A DNA stretch of 64,000 bases from the human T2T-CHM13v2.0 reference genome, Homo sapiens (GCF_009914755.1 NC_060936.1), one strand, 5' to 3'. Positions 17,001 through 31,222 are shown, counted from the first letter of the stretch. Numbers and translations are program-made. Notes: generated from the letters alone by a model not told the origin.

Positions 17001-18195
17001 CTTGTTGGCTATGGCAGGGGGCCAGCAGGTGCTGGGGTGCCTGCCTCCATGCAGTTATTCAAAACAGTGGTGGATACAATAAATGTGGCTGGATTGGCAG
17101 AGGGAGGGGAGTTCCTGCTGGTAACTGTGCATGGAGTCAGGTGGTGTTGGCACAGGGACGGTGCTGTTGGGCAAGGGTGGTTGCTCAGGATGGGGGAGGG
17201 TCTGCTGTTCTCTGTGCCTAGTTTCACTCCCATGGCAGTGTTGGTACAAGGGCAGGGTGCTGGCAGGAGCAGGGTTGGCCGGCTCTGTGCCCACCAAGGT
17301 TCCAACTGCCATTGGTTGGTAGGGGGAGGAGGGTTGGCGGGGAGTAAACTGCACTCCTGCTGCAGCAGTGGCAGGGCAGCGTGCATGTACACACGCACAC
17401 TGGTGGAGCAAGAAAAGCAACACACACACACAAAGTGATATGGAGGGTTTCCATGGGCCCCTGGGAAGCTGCAGTGTGAGGACAGAGCAGGTCAGCTGGT
17501 GTGTGGCCATGAGGGCTGCCCTGCTGGAGCTCTCTGCTGGTCAGGAATGGTCTAGTAGTTCAGAATCTATGATGGAGGCCCCCAGGGAACCCAAGGCTGC
17601 CCTGCATGCAGGAGTGGCAAGGCTGGAGCCCCAGGAGAGGTGTGCAGATCAAGGACCACTCAGGCTAACTGACCTCACCTATGGGCAAGAATGCCCTGCA
17701 GAGTTCAGGTCTGACAGTTTCCCTAGGACTAAAGTCTCCTAAGAGAGCAAGTTAAGCCTAGGGGGAGGGCCATCGCTGGCCATGCACCACTACAGATGTT
17801 CACACACCAAACCGTTTGGGTTCCATATCAGCTTGCTTGCTGCCCCTACAACTTCTCTAAGCAGCTCTCCCTGCCAACTCGAGTGTCCATGGTGGTGCAG
17901 GGGTCTCCTCCTGCTGGAATTCTAGAGGCCTGTGGCGAGAGTGGGTTCCTCCTTGCCAGTTCAATTCACCCATTGTCCTGGAGTTGTTGGGGGCCAGGAA
18001 CGAGTCCCAGTGTGTGGTAGCCCTGTGCAGGGTTCCCAGCTTCCTCCTCCTTCAGTCCAACTTCTGTGTCTTCCCTCTGTCCACTCTTGGTGCATTCCTT
18101 CTGAATATTTGTTATGAGTGCACAAGTCATCTGGGTCCTTTGGTGGCAGCTGTTTCACCTGGCTGGATCTAGTGGCACCTGGCCATCTTGCCAGA
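11093..18195 (-). mobile_element. Full-length decayed L1PA13-15-like LINE-1 (5' UTR, ORF1, ORF2, 3' UTR)
   Basis: 3' UTR AAACTTGTGTCATGGGGG...CAGATTATTTCATCAC; ORF2 pieces at 12105-13831 ([12 protein letters not shown]); ORF1 piece at 15515-15778; GC-richer 5' UTR ending GGCCATCTTG. Confidence 0.93.
16112..16480 (+). mobile_element. THE1D-like MaLR solo LTR
   Basis: ATATGGTTTGGCTCTGT...TAAACCTCTTTCCTTTATAAATTACCCAGTCTC...ACTACTACA; TSD AACTA/AGCTA. Confidence 0.92.
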
Positions 18196-18863
18196 TGTTA
18201 ATTTTAATTTGATTTTTGTACATAATGAGAGATAAGGGTCTAGTTTCATTCCTTTGCATATAATTATCCAGTTTCTCCAGCAACATTTATTGAAAATACT
18301 GTTCTTTCTCTATTGTATGTTCTTGGCATCTTGTCAGCAATGATTTGGTTGTAAATACATGAATTTGTATCTCTTTTCCATTGGCCTATGTGTCTGTTTT
18401 TATGCAAGTACAACACCATTTTTATTACTGTATCTTTGTCATATATTTGAAGTCAGGTAATGTAATGCCTACAGCTTTGTTCTTTTTGCTCAGGCCTGCT
18501 TTGTCTATTTGGGGTATTTTGTGGTTTCATATAAACTTTAGAATTTTTTTTCTATTTCTGTGAAGAATGTCACCAGTGATTTGATAGGGCTTGCATTGAA
18601 TCTGTGAATTGCTTTGGGTTACTATTGTCATTTTAACAATATTAATTCTTCCAATCCATAAGCATTGAATATCTTTCCATTTTTGGTGTGTCCTCTTTTA
18701 TTTCTTTCATCAGAGTTGTCTAGTTTTTCTTATACATATCTTCCACTTCTTTTGTTGGATTAATTTCTAGTTATTTTATATTGTTTGTAGCTATTATAAA
18801 TGGGATTGCTTTCTTGATTTCTTTTTCAAATTGTTTGCTATTTGTATTTATAAACGCTACTGA
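18196..18863 (-). mobile_element. L1MA1-like element, inverted segment part 2
   Basis: Colinear continuation of 10214-11092 (TTTGATTTTTGTA...TCTAGTTTCATTC). Confidence 0.85.
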
Positions 18864-19060
18864 TATAGAAAGACAAATATCACATGTTCTCACTCATATG
18901 TGGTAGCTAAAAAGTGGACTTCATAAAAATAGAGTAGACTGGTGGTTACAAGGCTGAAAGTGAGGCAGGTGATGAAGAAAAAAATGTAAATGTATTTATC
19001 ACCACTGAACTGTACACTTAAATGTGGTAAAGATGGTAAAATAAAAATAAATGTTAAAAA
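18864..19060 (+). mobile_element. L1MA1-like 3' end (forward segment of the inverted element)
   Basis: AGAAAGACAAATATCACATGTTCTCACTCATATGTGG...ACCACTGAACTGTACACTTAAA and an A-rich tail. Confidence 0.82.
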
Positions 19061-19934
19061 TCATAAAAAGTATATATCTTATCATGTGTGAATTATAGTT
19101 CATTAAAGCTGATTAAAGATAACATGATCTCACATAATATAATTTCATTTCATTTTCTATAAAACATTAACTTTCTAGGAGAATAATGCTGCATAAATAC
19201 ATTTGAAAACATTTTAAAATGAAATAATTTATGTATTTTTATATAATCAAAAGTAAAGAAGATTATTGCTATGATGTTGTGAGTGAAGTAATTATAATGT
19301 TGGTCTCAAGCTTGCATGGCCACAAAATAACCATTAATTTAAAACAGAGATGGACTCAATGTACTCACAGTTTCACTCTATTTCTCAGAGACAAGGGATT
19401 TTATATCTTTAAGTGTTTTAAAATCCTCATATAAGTTATATTTGCTTTTCTAGAAAACAAAAATATTCAATAGACAGATTTAAATATTATCTTTCTTCTT
19501 CCTATGTACTTAGGCCAAATAAAAATATACTGTATATAAATGTAATTTTTCTTTAGTATAGAAAGTTAGAAATATATCATAATGCATCCTATTAATATTA
19601 AAGTGTTGTATATTTTGCTGATGACTGGTAGAAAATTAATTTCATGAACAATATGAACTTATGCAAAAATTAAACAAAATACAAATGTTAATGTGAAAAT
19701 TTTGTGTTTCTGTTTTAGAAAAATATAATCATAAGTCCTTCACTTTTTTGTAAGATATTCTTAATGATTTAAGACTTTAGTGTATGATTCAGCCCTTTTG
19801 TTCATATATTTATTTTCCTTTCACTCCTCATTTAACTCTTTCCTTTCTTCTGACTGATAATCAGCTTTTGACAGTTGATAATTGAAGCTATCACATCAAA
19901 GTGATGCAAAAAACATTAATTAACACTAAAAAGC

Positions 19935-20019
19935 CACCGTGGCACACATTTACCTATATAACAAACTTGCACATCCTGCACATGTACCCCTGAACTTAAA
20001 ATAAAAGTTGAAAAAAAAA
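19935..20019 (+). mobile_element. Extremely 5'-truncated L1PA 3' tip, about 85 bp
   Basis: GGCACACATTTACCTAT...CACATGTACCCCTGAACTTAAAATAAAAGTT followed by poly-A; CACTAAAA flanks both sides. Confidence 0.88.
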
Positions 20020-20827
20020 CCACTAAAAGAATATTCAAAGTAAAATACATTAAAACTCACTTCTCCAGTTTGACACAGACAACCAGATAGGTGTTAGGGT
20101 AAAAACAACAACAACAAAAATGGGAATGGTTTTCCTTTTCCTTTCTTTGGTATTCTAGCCTTGGTCATGATCCAAAGGGGCAAGTGCATTAACTATACCA
20201 AACTTGCTCTTGGCCTATAAAATAACTTTTTTCATTTCTAGATTATGTGCTTGGCGAGAAGTATCTCCACTCATAAAGTTCATGTGTAATTGAATAAAGT
20301 ATACATTTTGATTAAATGTCACTCTTATCTTTGGGTATGAGGCAATTCACTGCACCTGAAGACCATACCATTATTACAGTAATGTGAGTAAGCACCAGTA
20401 TGAGCATTCCACCTTCTCTTTTCCCTCTGTGGACACTGTAGGAAATGTAATACACTCTTGACAACTAGTTCTTTGTCTATTTAAACCACAAACCCAGACA
20501 TTCACACTTGCTTCAGTGGCAGGCAATTTTTTTTTCTTTAAGGGAAGATTTAAGGAGCTATGAACAAATCGTTTATCATCTCTTATTAACTGCACTGCCA
20601 AACTTATTTTAAATGATATCTCTGTTATAAGTCCCATCATTGATTTTATTGCCTGCAATCATTCCACCAACTTGCCTTCTAGGTCTAGTAATTTGTTTTG
20701 GTTTTTGATTTCCTTTTTTTTATGTTTCCATAGCAGAAGCTTCCAAAGTAAAGGCTACAGATTATTATTATTTTTTAGTTTTTTTATTGTGTACACAATG
20801 TCTGGAATTTTCCTTAGAATATATATG

Positions 20828-21155
20828 GTAGTCTCTTGGTATCCATGAGGGATTCATTCCAGGAGTCCTTCATGGATACCAAAAATCTGTACATGTTCAA
20901 GTCTCATATAAAATGGCATAGTATTTGTATATTGTCTACATACATCCTCTCACATACCTTAAATTATCTCCAGACTACTTAAAATGCCAAATAAAATGTA
21001 AATGCTGTGTAGATGGTTGTGGTAATGTATTTAAAATTTTATATTATTTCACATTTTCGTATCTTTTTTAATTTATTTAGTTTTAAAAATATTGTCAATC
21101 TTTAATTGGGTGAATATTCAGATGCAGAACTGTGGATATGGACGACTGAATGTAT
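20828..21155. mobile_element. MER2 (TcMar-Tigger MITE)
   Basis: GGTATCCATGAGGGATTCATTCCAGGA...GGATACCAAAA and the terminal GCAGAACTGTGGATATGGA. Confidence 0.85.
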
Positions 21156-23959
21156 TAACTTATATAGCTGTCTATTAAAATTTATTCTTTACTTAGGACT
21201 GGTCGTTGTTATGCAATCTTCTTTGTTCCTTATAACTAGAGTCCTGCCTTGAAACCTAAACCCCTTATAATCCTTGGCATTAGCAACTAGTTCTCACTTT
21301 TACCTAATTCTCCAGACTTCTATATATTTGATTTTTGCTTATTTTCTTTCAAACATCTAAACTGAATAAATATTTCATCTATCCCCTAGGAAGATAGCCT
21401 CTGAATCTTATTTCTATCCCACTTCTTTTCTAGTAGATGCTGCTAACCATTCTCCTTTCCTTAAAGATGAAGCAAAGACATATTATGTACTCCTTAGAAA
21501 TAAATAAAATGAATATATTCCCTAAAAATAAATAGTATGCTTTTAAAAGCAACACTAACTCTTGCAGGTAACTTAGCAAACTAAATCATACCTTATTTGT
21601 TGTACTCTTTAATTTTCTAAGGTCTCCTACTTTTCCAGAAGATTTACATGTTTGATATTTATGTTAGTACTTAATGTAGACACACATTAGTTCAACAAAG
21701 TACTCATGTTTCAAAAAGCAATATAGTAGCCTGAACAAATCCATATAACATAAACAATTTGTTCACTATTTCTCAATCAAGAATGCCATCCTAGGAATCC
21801 AATGAAAGAAGAAACTGTCCTGCTAAAGGCTTCAATATAGCTTCTTTTCCAATCCATTTGAAGAAATAATATATACTCCATTAGGAATAAGACCATGTCT
21901 ATTATGTACCATATATACACTATGTACAGCAAATGTTATATACATATATCTTACATAGATAGAAATAGCCAAGTTCAATGCATAATACATGAGAATCTGT
22001 AAATTTTCAGTCTTTCAAAATAATACACATGCTTAATTGAGGGTAAGGATAGCAGCCCCCTCTATTATTCTCAAAAAGAAAGGGGCATTGGCCAACTACT
22101 CATGGATGATGTAAACTTGTTTTTAGATAAAATAGTAGAGCATTGACAACAAATTTTATCTTTGTACCATAACAAATAGCTTATGCAACATTCATTTTTA
22201 AAAAATGCATCATAAACTATTTCAGATATGACAGTCTTTGTGTTGCAATTTATGGAACAGTGCCAGTTAGCATGTGATCTGTCCATCATTTCCTCTACTT
22301 TTGAAAATCCAAATTAGATTATTCAAATGTGCACTCAAAGAGCTTACCCCTGGAAACCACTTATAGACTTCACGGGGTACAGAATGGCTTGGTTGCTGAT
22401 TGGTTTTAGCCTCAATGAATATCACATCAATGCACAGCAGTCTCCTATGACTACCAATTTGCTTCCCTGTTTGATGCTAGGTATTGCCTGTGGTCACTAA
22501 AGCCATATTTGGTAAAGGGCTTCACTTGTTTACTGATTGCCCTTTCCTTCATTAGCAGTCAAAACAATGAAGACAGCAAATTGCATATTTAAAATTTAAC
22601 TCTCAAACTTCTCAAGTTTACAATATTATATTGAAGCCACTTTTTTTCAGACTTTACATCCATTCAGTTATGAAATCACTCTCCACAACACATGATTTGT
22701 AGACTCAAGCCAGATGCAATTTATTTTATTTTATTATTTTATTTCATGTTTGCAGATTTTTTGTTAGGTAGCATTACAAACAAAATGCTCTATTTACTTT
22801 TCATCATTTAATATTTTATTTTAATTATACTTAACTGTTAATATTTTGAGTTTGTTATATAGGTTTTGGTAACAATTTTAACTTTAAAATTAAAAAATAC
22901 TTTTTTAATAAACATGAAATCCCTAGTATATTGGCATGCTAATTAATGAAACTTAAACAACTGGCTTTACAAATTGGCTAATGGATTAGTCAACTCTATG
23001 GAATCATCTAATTGGTAAATTGCAAATTTACACTAATTTTCTAAATACTCAAACTTCTATTTTAAAATAAGAATATCAGTCAAGTTATCATAGTCATTTT
23101 TATAGATTCTTTAACTTAGGAATAGGATAATTTTGGGGGCATTAAATTAAGTGACTGAAATTCCTATACTTTAAATGACGTTAAGTGGGACAATAAGCTA
23201 TAAGCTGTATTTCAGTGAACAGAACTGTAACTACTAGTAGTGATAATTGATTGTACTATTATTAGACAATCTGTGGATTCATACATATAACACTTATTCA
23301 GTTATAAATACCTAATAAGGTTTATCTTTTGATAGGTAACTCAAAATTATTGTTAGATCTAAGAAAAATGAATTCAAATAAATTTAGTTATCTACAGTGT
23401 AAATCTTCCAGAATAAAATGCTCTAAGAAATTTTTAACTAAAGACAAAGTAGGTTTTTCTTAATATAGAATAGAAATGGATTTTAACAATGTAGAAAATT
23501 TGTACACCACAGTAATTTTTCTGGGAGCATAAATTAATGCAGGTCAAAGGCCAAAGACAATGTTGGTGAGTTAAAAGGCAAAAAGGCATTCAAAGAATAA
23601 TTTTGAATAGTCCAATTGTATTTGCCAAGCTGTTACTGCCTCATGTATTAAATTTAGTTTAACTAGCTGTAAATTAAGGCAATAGTATGGATTTAGAAAC
23701 AACCTATTAAATATGGTTCTGATAAGATTGCATCTTAAAGGCTGGCAATCTGGGGACAACTACATTTTAATATGAATGCCATTTTATGTATTTATTTTTT
23801 GATAGGTAACTTATTGCTCAATCTTTTGTCATTTTTAGTCATGATATTTTTACACTTTGCTTTATCATGTTTACTCACATAGAGATTTGGATAGAGTTAG
23901 ATTTGACCTCTCAGTTATACCAAGCTGATAGATTAATAATAATAAAACTCTGACAATTA

Positions 23960-24180
23960 CAGAGACGATTTATTATATTCTAGGCATTCTGCTAAGTCTT
24001 TAACATGCACTATTTTATCTTCACATTAACCATTTGAAAAAAATTGTTATTTTCCACATATCAGATAAGAAAACTAAGCCTCAGATAGGTTATATAATTT
24101 CTACAGATTCACATAATCATAAACTGGCCATGTCAGAATGTAAACACAGTTAATTTGGATTCCAGAACCCCAACTTTTAG
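23960..24180 (-). mobile_element. MIR
   Basis: CAGATAAGAAAACTAAGCCTCAGATAGGTTA core. Confidence 0.75.
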
Positions 24181-24589
24181 CGATACAGCAACATTTTTTA
24201 TAGTAGAATAAATGTTTAACTGCAAAGTAGTCAGCCACAAACCGTTCAGAAACCATCAAATCTACAAATGGAGGAATCTTGATGAGCTACTCTTCCAGTC
24301 TGATAGTTCATCTAATAGTTTCCTTTCTATAATCTCAGAAACGTTGTCACCCATTTTTCAAACAACTTTCTACTGAAGCTCTTGGTAGCTTAAAATATAG
24401 CCCATTCTGTGGAGAAGGAGTCACTTGGATTGTTCAAAAGTTATTTCTCATAAGGTCATTTTGGGCCTGCTTGTACCTTTTTCCCAAGAATTCTAGTTTG
24501 GCTCTTCTACTCTGACACTGAAATTTTCCAGTATCTCAGATCCTTTTAACAGTCATATTGAATATCTAAAATGTACTAGATAGGCATTT

Positions 24590-24740
24590 ATATGTGTGTG
24601 TGCGTGTATGTATATACATAATTAATTAAATTATAATTATTTATACACACTATGTACTATATACTACTATATACACACATTATTGTATATACACACATTA
24701 ATTAAATTACATAATTATAACTTTATATATCTATATATAT
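24590..24740. repeat. AT-rich (TA/TG/CA)n low-complexity tract
   Basis: Read directly from the sequence. Confidence 0.85.
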
Positions 24741-25590
24741 AAACAAAAATAAAATTCTAAGCCACACAATTGACTGATGGACCCCCCTTTAGGCCAAGGG
24801 TATTCCAAAGTACACCTGAGAAACTAGTTCAGGTCATGATGGGAAGCACCCCCACCACCCACCCCCAACATTTCTCATTATATATTCTTCCTTTGGAATT
24901 CAGGCACAACTGACCAGCATAAATGTTAAAACAGAGATCTTAAGACTGACAAAGCAGACTCTTTGTAGCAATAAGATACCAAATTCCAATTTCATTCTTG
25001 AATAGTATCTCATGACAGATAGTAGGCCCTGAAGGAAGTTGAGGTATTTTACTTCAAAATATATTTCATTGATATATATTGAAATGGCCTCACAAAGCTG
25101 TCACTTGTGGGTAAAATCTACATTCTGTAGAGAATCCCCTTTCCCTTTCAGGTCCATTCCTGATCCAGAGACAATTCACCAAGAGAGTTTGCCACCGTTT
25201 TAGGTCTGATAAGAACTCTGAAGCTTGCTACCTGGAAGCTTCATCTGCATAATCAAAACCTTGGTCTTTACAACCTCTTCTTTTAACCCCACACTTCTTT
25301 CTACTGATTTCAGGTCTTTAGATAATAACTTAACACTTTAAATCACTTGCCAATCAGAAAAGTCTTTGAATCTACCCCTGACCTATATAAGCTTTGAGTT
25401 GTCCTGCCTTTCTGAACTGAACTAATGTATACCTTACATGTATTGATTGATGTCTGCCTGTAACTTCTGTCCCCATAAAATGTATGAAATCAAACTGTAC
25501 ACCAACCACCTTAGGAACATGTTCTCAGTACTTCTTGGTGTTCATGGTTCACACAGTCATCTCAGAATAAATCTCTTTAAATATTTTACA
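24738..25590 (+). mobile_element. MER4-family (ERV1) solo LTR lacking its last few tens of bases
   Basis: Starts TAAACAAAAATAAAATTCTAAGCC...GACTGATGGACCC and ends CTCAGAATAAATCTCTTTAAATATTTTACA. Confidence 0.85.
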
Positions 25591-25740
25591 ATATGTTACC
25601 TCATTTAACTCTCACCATATATTTATGAAGTAGATTTTTGTCATTTCCTTTAAATAGGCCAGGAGAAATTGAATAATTGCCCATAGTTACAGAACAAATA
25701 ACCATGGATAGTAACTATGTCTTTTGACTTCAAATTCATT
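25591..25740 (-). mobile_element. MIR fragment; its other piece lies at about 24550-24590
   Basis: CTCATTTAACTCTCACCA...ATGAAGTAG...TTGCCCATAGTTACA. Confidence 0.55.
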
Positions 25741-27827
25741 TTGCCCTAGAGAATCAATCTTACAAATTTACAATTCAATGGTTTTTGCTTCATAATAGAT
25801 GTAATTATAACTCTCACTTACTTTTCATTTCTGTTTATTCTGCCCCTGTTTTGTTATGAAGTGTAGGAGCTCTGGGTTTTGTATGCTGCTTTATGTTTGC
25901 AAATAAATAAAGCAAGGCCTCCCTGACTCCTAGACTGAAATACACCTATTCAAATAATGGTTCCAATCCAACTGATTCCCTTTCTTCTTATCTTCAAAAG
26001 AAAAATACAGAGGTAATATCTAGGAAAAAATTTCATGCAAAATACTCTAAATATAAGCTCATCTTTAACTAGAAGTTCATTTGTGAAGACAAAGCAAACA
26101 ACAAATGAAATATTGTGAATACATAATTTAGAGTGAAAGCATTTGCAGTCTAATTATTGATATCATAGTAATTATGTTGCTTGAAAAGCATCTTTAACAT
26201 ATTTATTTAAACTAATATTATTTGCCAATGACCCGTGTATTTCACGCATAAAATGGATGACCTAATTTAACTCAATTAAAGCAACATGAAACATTACACG
26301 TTTTACCAATATTAATTTTCACACATCATAATTTTTGTTTTATAATTCTTAACAATTAAGATAAACAGATTATATTTGTCTACAATTTTTTAAATGAAAT
26401 TATTTCTTCAGAATAGAGTAATGCAATGTCATGTCTGATTTTCAGTACAATCTTAACAATACATTATGTATTAAAGTTTTTTAAACCCTGTGTTCACTGT
26501 CTGTAAGTATAGATAAATCTCATTTAAAGAGAGTTAACAGCTGATTCACTCAGCTTCCCCTTCCAATTGTTAGGTTTGAGTCCTGTAATTAGACAGCACA
26601 ACAGCTAAGGTACTTTTTTATCAGCTTGCCAAAAAGGGAGTTTTAGTTAGTGATACATTATATAATGAGAAACCTCCTTCAACAGGACTTTTAAAAAGAA
26701 CTTGTACAAATCTAAACAATTAATCCTCCTGGAGCATTCCAATGAAATCACTAATAAGGCATCCAGAAATGCAAATACCTACATAAATTGTTCCTATGTG
26801 AATTTGGAGTTTGGGATTATCACATTTGTTTTTGCCCTATCCTGGAGAACAGTTAGTTTTGTTAGTAATTATACTCTTCAAGCCTTTATTTGTATGAAAG
26901 TTTGAATTCAAAAGAGATGTGTAAACAAAACATACATAAAATTATTGTAGATATTTTCATTATGTGTTTTCTTAATCTTGTCAGTATTTTGTTGATGAAA
27001 TACTGATACGATTATCTACTTAATTAAATGTAATTCATTTGTATACAACTATAATGAAACATTAGAAATTTAAAAGATAATAATGAGTACAATGCATATA
27101 AAATGCAAAAGTTCTATGACTACTTTAAAGAACCATCCATGTTAATACACAGTCTTGTGGATATGGCAGCATACACCTCCAGCTAACCTTTAATTTTTTC
27201 ATTATTATAACCTCATCACTGTCTTCCACTAAAGAGACTTTGTTAGACAAAGGAAAAAGAAAACACATATCTGGATACTATAACAGTCACCTATAATCAT
27301 TATTTACATAATATGAATTCCACAGTTCATAAAGGACATAGATTTGCAATCTAACCTTTGGAAGTGTAAGTGTCATGTATTCCTGTTAAGACATGGATCC
27401 TTGATGGAAGCATAGTCATTTGCTAATAGGTAGGTTCTTAATAAAAATTTTGAAAAAAGGAAATAAAATCATATTTTAAGAGATATGATAATTTAAAACT
27501 TTACTAAACTTAAAATGAGTCTTCAGTTAAGGGGATTCATTGTATAATCAAACAAAATCCAGAAGTCATGAATAATTTATGCTGAAAATTATAAATAAAA
27601 TAAAACCTCTTTAAGCATTCAGGTAGTAAAAAATGGTTATCAATAGAGAAACAAAAATTTAGTTGAGGACAATAGTACACTTTCTAGAGAGTTTTAAGCA
27701 GAAAAGATTGTGATTCAATAATTTTCTATCCAGCAGAGACCTGCCATACACAGACAAATTTGTAGAAAATATACCACCCATGTGTTCTTTCTTGAGAATA
27801 AAATTAAAATTTAAAAATCAACAGTTA

Positions 27828-28417
27828 TTGTGGAAGTCAGTGTGGCGATTCCTCAGGGATCTAGAACTAGAAATACCATTTGACCCAGCCATCCCATTAC
27901 TGGGTATATACCCAAAGGATTATAAATCATGCTGCTATAAAGACACATGCACATATATGTTTATTGAGGCACTATTCACAATAGCAAAGACTTGGAACCA
28001 ACCCAAATGTCCAACAATGACAGATGGGATTAAGAAAATGTGGCACATATACAACATGGAATACTATGCAGCCATAAAAAATGATGAGTTCATGTCCTTT
28101 GTAGGGAGGACATGGATGAAGCTGGAAACCATCACTCTCAGCAAACTATCGCAAGGACAAAAAACCAAACACCGCATGTTCTCACTCATAGGTGGGAATT
28201 GAACAATGAGAACACATGGACACAGGAAGGGGAACATCACACATCAGGGCCTGTTGTGGGGTGGGGGGAGAGGGGAGGGATAGCATTAGGAGATACACCT
28301 AACATTAAATGACGAGTTAATGGGTGCAGCACACCAACATGGCACATGTATACATATGTAACAAACCTGCACGTTGTGCTCATGCATCCTAAAACTTAAA
28401 GTATAACAAAAAAAAAA
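27828..28417 (+). mobile_element. 5'-truncated L1PA3/4 3' end
   Basis: ORF2 C-terminus (WKSVWRFLRDLE...MFSLIGGN), 3' UTR G-tract and poly-A; TSD CAACAGTTA at 27819-27827 and 28418-28426. Confidence 0.96.
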
Positions 28418-28840
28418 CAACAGTTAAGGCTTTTTCATACTTGTTAACTTAGTTATAAAAGTAAATGTCTCTTTAATAGTAAATGATACACAGTATTGAT
28501 AGTAACTCAGTAGATTACCATATAAAATTATATATATTTTCAACCAAAAAGGAAAAAAAAGTGAAGAAATAAATAATAATAATGGTGCTTAATTTCAGTT
28601 TTGCATGCCCTGTGCGGTCAGGAGTCATTTCTCACTTGATTGTCCTTATATTTCTCCTGTCCAGAACAATTTCTGGCACACAGTAGAACTTTAATTAATA
28701 TTTGTTGAGTGAACGCCTCTAATTTGGGGACAATGAATAAATACTATTTTATTCTTGACATTGATGATTCTAGAGCCATGTACATGAATATACATCCATA
28801 CTTAAAGGTGAACATTGGTTGATACAAATAATTTTTTTTG

Positions 28841-29184
<344 letters not shown>

Positions 29185-29638
29185 TTAAAAAGTCTTAAAT
29201 CAGAGTCTGAGATGAGAAGGCACATGAGGCGATATGATTAGGGAACTGGCCAAAGTACTGTATAGACAGCCAGGATGGCATTGATTTTTCAGAGTTAAGA
29301 AGAGAGGAATTAGATATTCAACAGGAGAAACATAAGCATTTTGAGAAACATTATTCTCAAGTTGGCAGGGATCCAAGGAAAGAATAGCTTCATGAGAGTC
29401 TGTGAGGACTGCAATGGCTGGACACCAGGCACTACAGTCCAGAGGATCTCATGATGGAGTTTACATGGAGGGATTGGATCTTTCAGTAATGCCTGATGAG
29501 TTTAAACATACCTGTTTTGGAATAGGTAAGGTGTTATCAGCTGGGGTCACCAGAAGCTGAAATCTAGGGCTTAACTCATATTCTTTTACTGATAAAATAT
29601 TTCATATTAACGTTATGGTGTCTGTGCTCAAAGTGTAA

Positions 29639-29943
<305 letters not shown>

Positions 29944-30059
29944 CAAAGTGGAATACATTTATATAAGGAAATAAATGTTTTGTTTCTCATAACTACTGCG
30001 TATGCATAATTTAATAGGTTATTTCATTTTTATTTATATTTTTCATATATTCTAAAAAC

Positions 30060-31222
30060 TTTTTTTTAATTATTATTATACTTTAAGTTCTAGGGTACAT
30101 GTGCACAACATGCAGGTTTGTTACATATGTATACATGTGCCATGTTGGTGTGCTGCACCCATTAACTCATCATTTACATTAGGTATATCTCCTAATGCTA
30201 TCCCTTCCCCCTCCCCCGACCCCACTACAGGCTCCGGTGTATGACGTTCCCCTTCCCGTGTCCAAGTGTTCTCATTGTTCAATTCCCACCTATGAATGAG
30301 AACATGCAGTGTTTGGTTTTCTGTCCTTGCAATAGTTTGCTGAGAATGATGGTTTCCAGCTTCATCCATGTCCCTACAAAGGACATGAACTCATCATTTT
30401 TTATGGCTACATAGTATTCCATGGTGTACATGTGCCACATTTCTTAATCCAATCTATCATTGATGGACATTTGGGTTGGTTCCAAGTCTTTGCCATTGTG
30501 AATAGTGCCGCAATAAACATACGTGTGCATGTGTCTTTATAGCAGCATGATTTATAATCCTTTGGGTATGTACCCAGTAATGGGATGGCTGGGTCAAATG
30601 GTATTTCTAGTTCTAGATACTTGAGGAATCGCCACACTGTCTTCCACAATGGTTGAACTAGTTTACACTCCCACCAACAGTGTAAAAGTGTTTCTATTTC
30701 TCCACATCCTCTCCAGCACCTGTTTCCTGACTTTTTAATGATAGCCATTCTAACTGGTGTGAGATGGTATCTCATTGTGGTTTTGATTTGCATTTCTCTG
30801 ATGGCCAGTTATGATGAGCATTTTTTCATGTATCTGTTGGCTGCATAAATGTCTTCTTTTGAGAAGTGTCTGTTCATATCCTTTGCCCACTTTTTGATGA
30901 GGTTGTTTGATTTTTTTTCTTGTAAATTTGTTTAAGTTCTTTGTAGTTCCAGTATTAGCCCTTTGTCAGATTGGTAGATTGTAAAAATTTTCTCCCATTC
31001 TGTAGGTTGCCTTTTCATTCTGATGGTAGTTTCTTTTGCTGTGCAGAAGCTCTTTAGTTTAATTAGATCCCATTTGTCAATGTTGGCTTTTGTTGCCATT
31101 GCTTTTGGTGTTTTAGTCATGAAGTCCTTGCCCATGCCTATGTCCTGAATGGTAATGCCTAGGTTTTCTTCTAGGGTTTTTATGGTTTTAGGTCTAACAT
31201 TTAAGCCTTTAATCCATCTTGA
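30060..31222 (-). mobile_element. 5'-truncated L1PA (about PA4-6) 3' 1.16 kb
   Basis: ORFs 30932..31135 and 30407..30793 cover the ORF2 Cys-rich C-terminus; the 3' UTR is present. Confidence 0.96.

Noticed and set aside
16688-18172. Cluster of overlapping 60-151 aa ORFs on both strands
   Set aside because: They lie in the GC-richer L1 5' UTR, where stops are rare, and show no recognisable protein motifs.
20374-20658. 94-aa minus-strand ORF in unique sequence
   Set aside because: Non-ATG start, no recognisable homology, and it crosses an A-run; a chance ORF.
23325-23812. 15-bp direct repeat TTTTGATAGGTAACT about 470 bp apart
   Set aside because: No element is recognisable between the copies, and it is plausible by chance in AT-rich DNA.
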